In this document: positions 60,356 through 64,000 of the stretch, piece after piece
Layout: every line of letters starts with the position of its first letter
Position numbering within the stretch: the first letter of the stretch is position 1
From: Phaeosaccion multiseriatum
Taxonomy: Eukaryota > Protista > Ochrophyta, other classes
Length of the DNA: 64,000 nt
Assembly (NCBI GenBank): GCA_965112735.1
Contig: OZ218960.1
Span: 2,232,001-2,296,000 of the forward strand
Reading direction: 5' to 3'
Program-made: the position numbers and the translations under genes
The notes under the pieces: model-generated
What the model saw: only the letters and a program-made list of their open reading frames with translations
Databases searched by the model: none
What the model was told of the DNA's origin: nothing

Positions 60356-62277
60356 TCACTCCAAGCCGAAGCCCACTTCCCCAAGCTCGAGCTGAATGAC
60401 TTCGGACAGCACTTCGAACAGGTCCTCCTTGCTCTCGTACATAGGGAGGTCGATCCTGCGAGCAGAGGGAGGGAAGTGTGGTCAGTGTGGAGAGACCGCA
60501 GCAACAGAGCAGCATGCAGCTACCAAAGCCTTTCAACCGAGTCCACAGAGGCTCTTAGCCCTCCCCCGGTCAGGCAGGCAGACAGGCAGGCAGACAGGCA
60601 GGCAGACGACAGGCAGGCAACAAGACTTATTCGGCAGGCGTAAGGGCACGCATATGGGCAGACAGGCAGGCAGACAGGCAGGCAGACAGGCAGGCAGACA
60701 GGCAGGCAGACAGGCAGGCAGACAGGCAGGCACTCACTTGTTGAAGCAGGTGTGCGCCTTGGGCCACGGCAAGCGCTCCGAGGCGTCATTCGGATCGGGG
60801 CAAAAGCCGCTCATGGTGAAGTGGCGCTTCTCTCCGTGCTGCCCCTCAAGCTCGCTGAAGCCGCCCGCAGGGACGCGAGAGGTGCCCGTAACGAACTGCA
60901 ACAGCCTGCAAAGGGGGAGGGGTGGAGGGGGGCAGACATGCGACCATCACAACAGCCACTCGAGCGATGAGCGGGAGCGAACAGGGAAGAAGGACGCGCG
61001 CAACAGAGCGCAGCTGGACGGCAGCAGCAGCCTCGACTCCTTTCGATCGCCTCATTCCATCCCACCTCACCCCCCCCGCCTCACCTCGCCCTCTGCTCCT
61101 GATCAAAGCCGCGCACAATGTCCCAGAACCACACGACGAGGGGGTGCTGTGGTCGGAGCTCCCCGAGATAGACGGTGTGTTGCATCCAGTCCTCAGCATC
61201 CACGTCGTCGAGTCCGCACATTAGCATTTCTAGCTCCTGAAAGTCGAACACCACGAGAAGGCCCACGGGCACTACGCGGTAGAACCCACTCAGCAGGGCT
61301 GCCAGTTGTGGAGACACTTGGTCCAGCAGTTTGCGCTTCGTGGCCAGCTCGATGTACTGCGGGGGAAGGGGTGGAATGGATGGACACGCGGTGGTGAGGA
61401 GGGAGGGTGTGGGCTGTGGTGACAGCCGGGAAGGGATCCGACAGAAAGGAGATCTCCTCAATTGCGAAATCACTCACTCAATCACCCACTGAACCGCGCA
61501 CTCGCTCTTCTCTCACTCACTCTCTCACTCGCTCACTCACTCACTCACTTACCCACTCAAGCACCCACCCACTCACTCACTCACTCATTCACTCACTCTC
61601 TCACTCACTCATTCACTCACTGACTCACTCATTCACTCACACCCTCGTCTCACTCACTCACTCACTCACTCACTCACTCACTCACTCGCTCATTCACTCA
61701 CACCCTCCTCTCACTCACTCACTCACCCCCTCACTCACTCACTCACTCATTCATTCACTCACTCACTCACTCACTCACTCACTCACTCAATCATTCACTC
61801 ACACCCTCCTCTCACTCACACCCTCCTCTCACTCACCCTCTCACTCACTCACTCACTCACTCACTCACTCACTCACCCCCTCACTCACTCACCCCCTCAC
61901 TCACTCACTCTCACTCCCTCCCTCTGTATCACCAACTCCCTCCCGCATTTACTAACCCGGTGCTTATTGGCGTCCGTCACGAGCACGTCTTTGCCTCCCT
62001 CTCTGAGCTCCTCCTCAATGGGGTTGCCTGCGGGGCCCAAGTCTCCGGACGGTGCCGTAAAGTACACCTTAGGAGTAGACAGACACACACAGAGGCAAGA
62101 GGGAGGCGTGGGGGGTGAACGTTGGACAGATGGACCGTCAATACACACACACACTGGGATTGAGACCCAATACACACACATATGCACAAGTGCACACACA
62201 CACAAACACACACACACATACATGCAAGCACCCACCCGACGCGCACACACACACACACACACACACAAAACACAACA

Positions 62278-62312
<35 letters not shown>

Positions 62313-64000
62313 CACAACACACCCCGGCCGTTCACCCTTACATGCATGGCGTGAACATCCTCGTTGGTCCTGAACCACTGCAGGCTCTGGTAGAGCACCC
62401 TGTCCGTGAACTCGAGGTCCCTGAGCGTCACCGGCACGCCCAACAAGTGCTTGTACAGGGGTCTGGCCAGGTGCAGGGGCAGCGCCACTGAGTCCATCAG
62501 TGCCTTTGCCAAGAAGAAGCCCACAAACTTGTAGGCAAGCTCCATGGAGCCAAACAGCTTCACCGCTCTATCGTAGGCCCGAAAGTGGCGCCTTGTGGCA
62601 GGGTTGAGGAGGTAGGTGACGTTGTCGGTGGCCGCATAGGTAAAGAGGCCGAGGGAGGGGTCTGAGATGAGGCTGGCGACGCAAGAGAACCATTCCCTGG
62701 CCAGGCCGCCGGCGTCGATGCCCGCCTCTCCCGTGAACTTGAAGCTGAAGGGCTGGCGGAGGCCTCCCGATGCCTGAGGAGCAGCAGCAGCAGTTGGTCA
62801 TACAGCAGCGCAGTTTGTGATACATCGGTAGTTTGGTGACAGCAGCAGTCGCGTGTTGAAGAAAGAGCCGCAGTCGCATCGAGCCAAGCCCCCTTTCTCT
62901 CACGCTCTCTCTCACGCTCTCTCTCACGCTCTCTCTCACGCTCTCTCTCACGCTCTCTCTCACCCACTCACTTCCTCCCGCCCTCCCGCCTTCCCGCCCT
63001 CTCTTCCTCTCTCCCTTCCTCCCTCCCTCCCTCCCTCCCTCCCTCCCCCTCACCTGCGCTGCATCTGCGGCGAAAAGCTCTCTCACACTGTCCTCTAGGA
63101 GGAAGGCCCTCCGCACCTCCACGAGTCGAGTCACCCGGGGGGGCTCAACCCAGGGCTCCACTAATGGGGACAGCCCTCCACCCTCTGTGTCTAGGATAGC
63201 CAGCGCGTCCTCTGCTGCTGTATTACCAACCGCTGCTGCTGCTGCTGCTGCTGCTCCTGCTGCTGGTGTACCACCAACTGCTGCGGGTGTTGGTGCTCCA
63301 GACCCTCCTCCTCCGCCTCCTCTTTCCCGCTCTGCCCGAGCAGAAGCCTCTCGCCGTATCCGATCGCAGTGCTTCTTGAACCAGCGCCTCTTCCTCTCAA
63401 ATGGCAGCGTCGCCACCAACGCGAGCACCTCCGTGGTGATGGTGTTACTCCTCCCTCCGGCACCCCCCCCCCTCCCGTCCTGCTCGGATTCCAACATGTC
63501 CACGAGCTGCTGTGTGTCTGCCAACTCCTCCTTGAGATCCCTGCCCCTCACCCACTCAATCTTGCCGTCGGTGGTAATCCTCCTCAGCCACGCGCTGTCG
63601 TACCGGAGAGATGGTGTCCTCCTTCTCTTCTTCCTCTGATCCCGCCTCCGCCTCCGCCGCCGCTGCTGCTGCTGCTCCTCCTCTCCCGCCCCAGCGTGTC
63701 CCCTGCTGCCTCCAGCGACCTGCCGACTACTCCGCGCTGATGCAGGCACGCGCCTACCAGGCTGTGGCTCTGACTGTGGCTGTATCACCAACTGCTGTGG
63801 CTGTGGCTGTGGCTGTGCCTCGAGGTTGGTCGGCGCGGCAGCGATGGCGACTCCTCCTCCTCCCCCTCCCCCTCCTCCTCCCGGGCTGTGCGCGGAAGAT
63901 CGGCGGCCATTAGGCCCGTTCATGCTTGTTGCACTTGTCCTCCTCCTCTCCGCTGCCCCCACAGCCATCACACCCATCGGGTCCATTTGGTCCATCGGGC
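60356..64000 (-). CDS. HECT E3 ubiquitin ligase (NEDD4/HECT-type), 3' part; probably continues past the right edge
   Basis: [68 protein letters not shown], ends GFGLE. Confidence 0.95.
61469..61915 (-). repeat. (GTGA)n-rich degenerate microsatellite in a HECT intron (TCAC on the + strand)
   Basis: Direct reading. Confidence 0.95.

Overview
Gene-dense, intron-rich eukaryotic nuclear DNA. It is most likely from a photosynthetic, flagellated stramenopile (ochrophyte); this is inferred from bipartite signal+AF plastid presequences on FtsZ and RibD, IFT43, a GH81 beta-1,3-glucanase and a mevalonate-pathway gene. About 23 spliced protein-coding genes can be reconstructed: SKI2 (partial), TRM112, MVD, a TPR protein, a PPR protein, PI4K, G-alpha, a cNMP-regulated PKG-like kinase, FtsZ, HEATR6-like, proteasome beta5 with a signal peptide, AMMECR1, SC35/SRSF2, PAN2, SPOUT1, DEX1-like, RibD reductase, JMJD7, cystatin, eIF1, IFT43, GH81 and a HECT E3 (partial). 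Most lie in tight divergent or convergent pairs. No rRNA, convincing tRNA, CRISPR or autonomous transposon was seen. The most unusual signals concern splicing architecture: 9-nt and 14-nt microexons carrying catalytic residues, duplicated exon/donor junctions, transcript-oriented intronic microsatellites, a 3.3-kb intronic satellite with 441/1233-bp higher-order structure, and GC-AG and AAG splice sites. Also notable are MITE-like and dispersed intergenic repeats, a signal-peptide-bearing proteasome subunit, and a PKG-architecture kinase with cAMP-type cassettes. Exon boundaries were derived by eye from GT/GC-AG sites and protein-motif continuity, with no transcript evidence.
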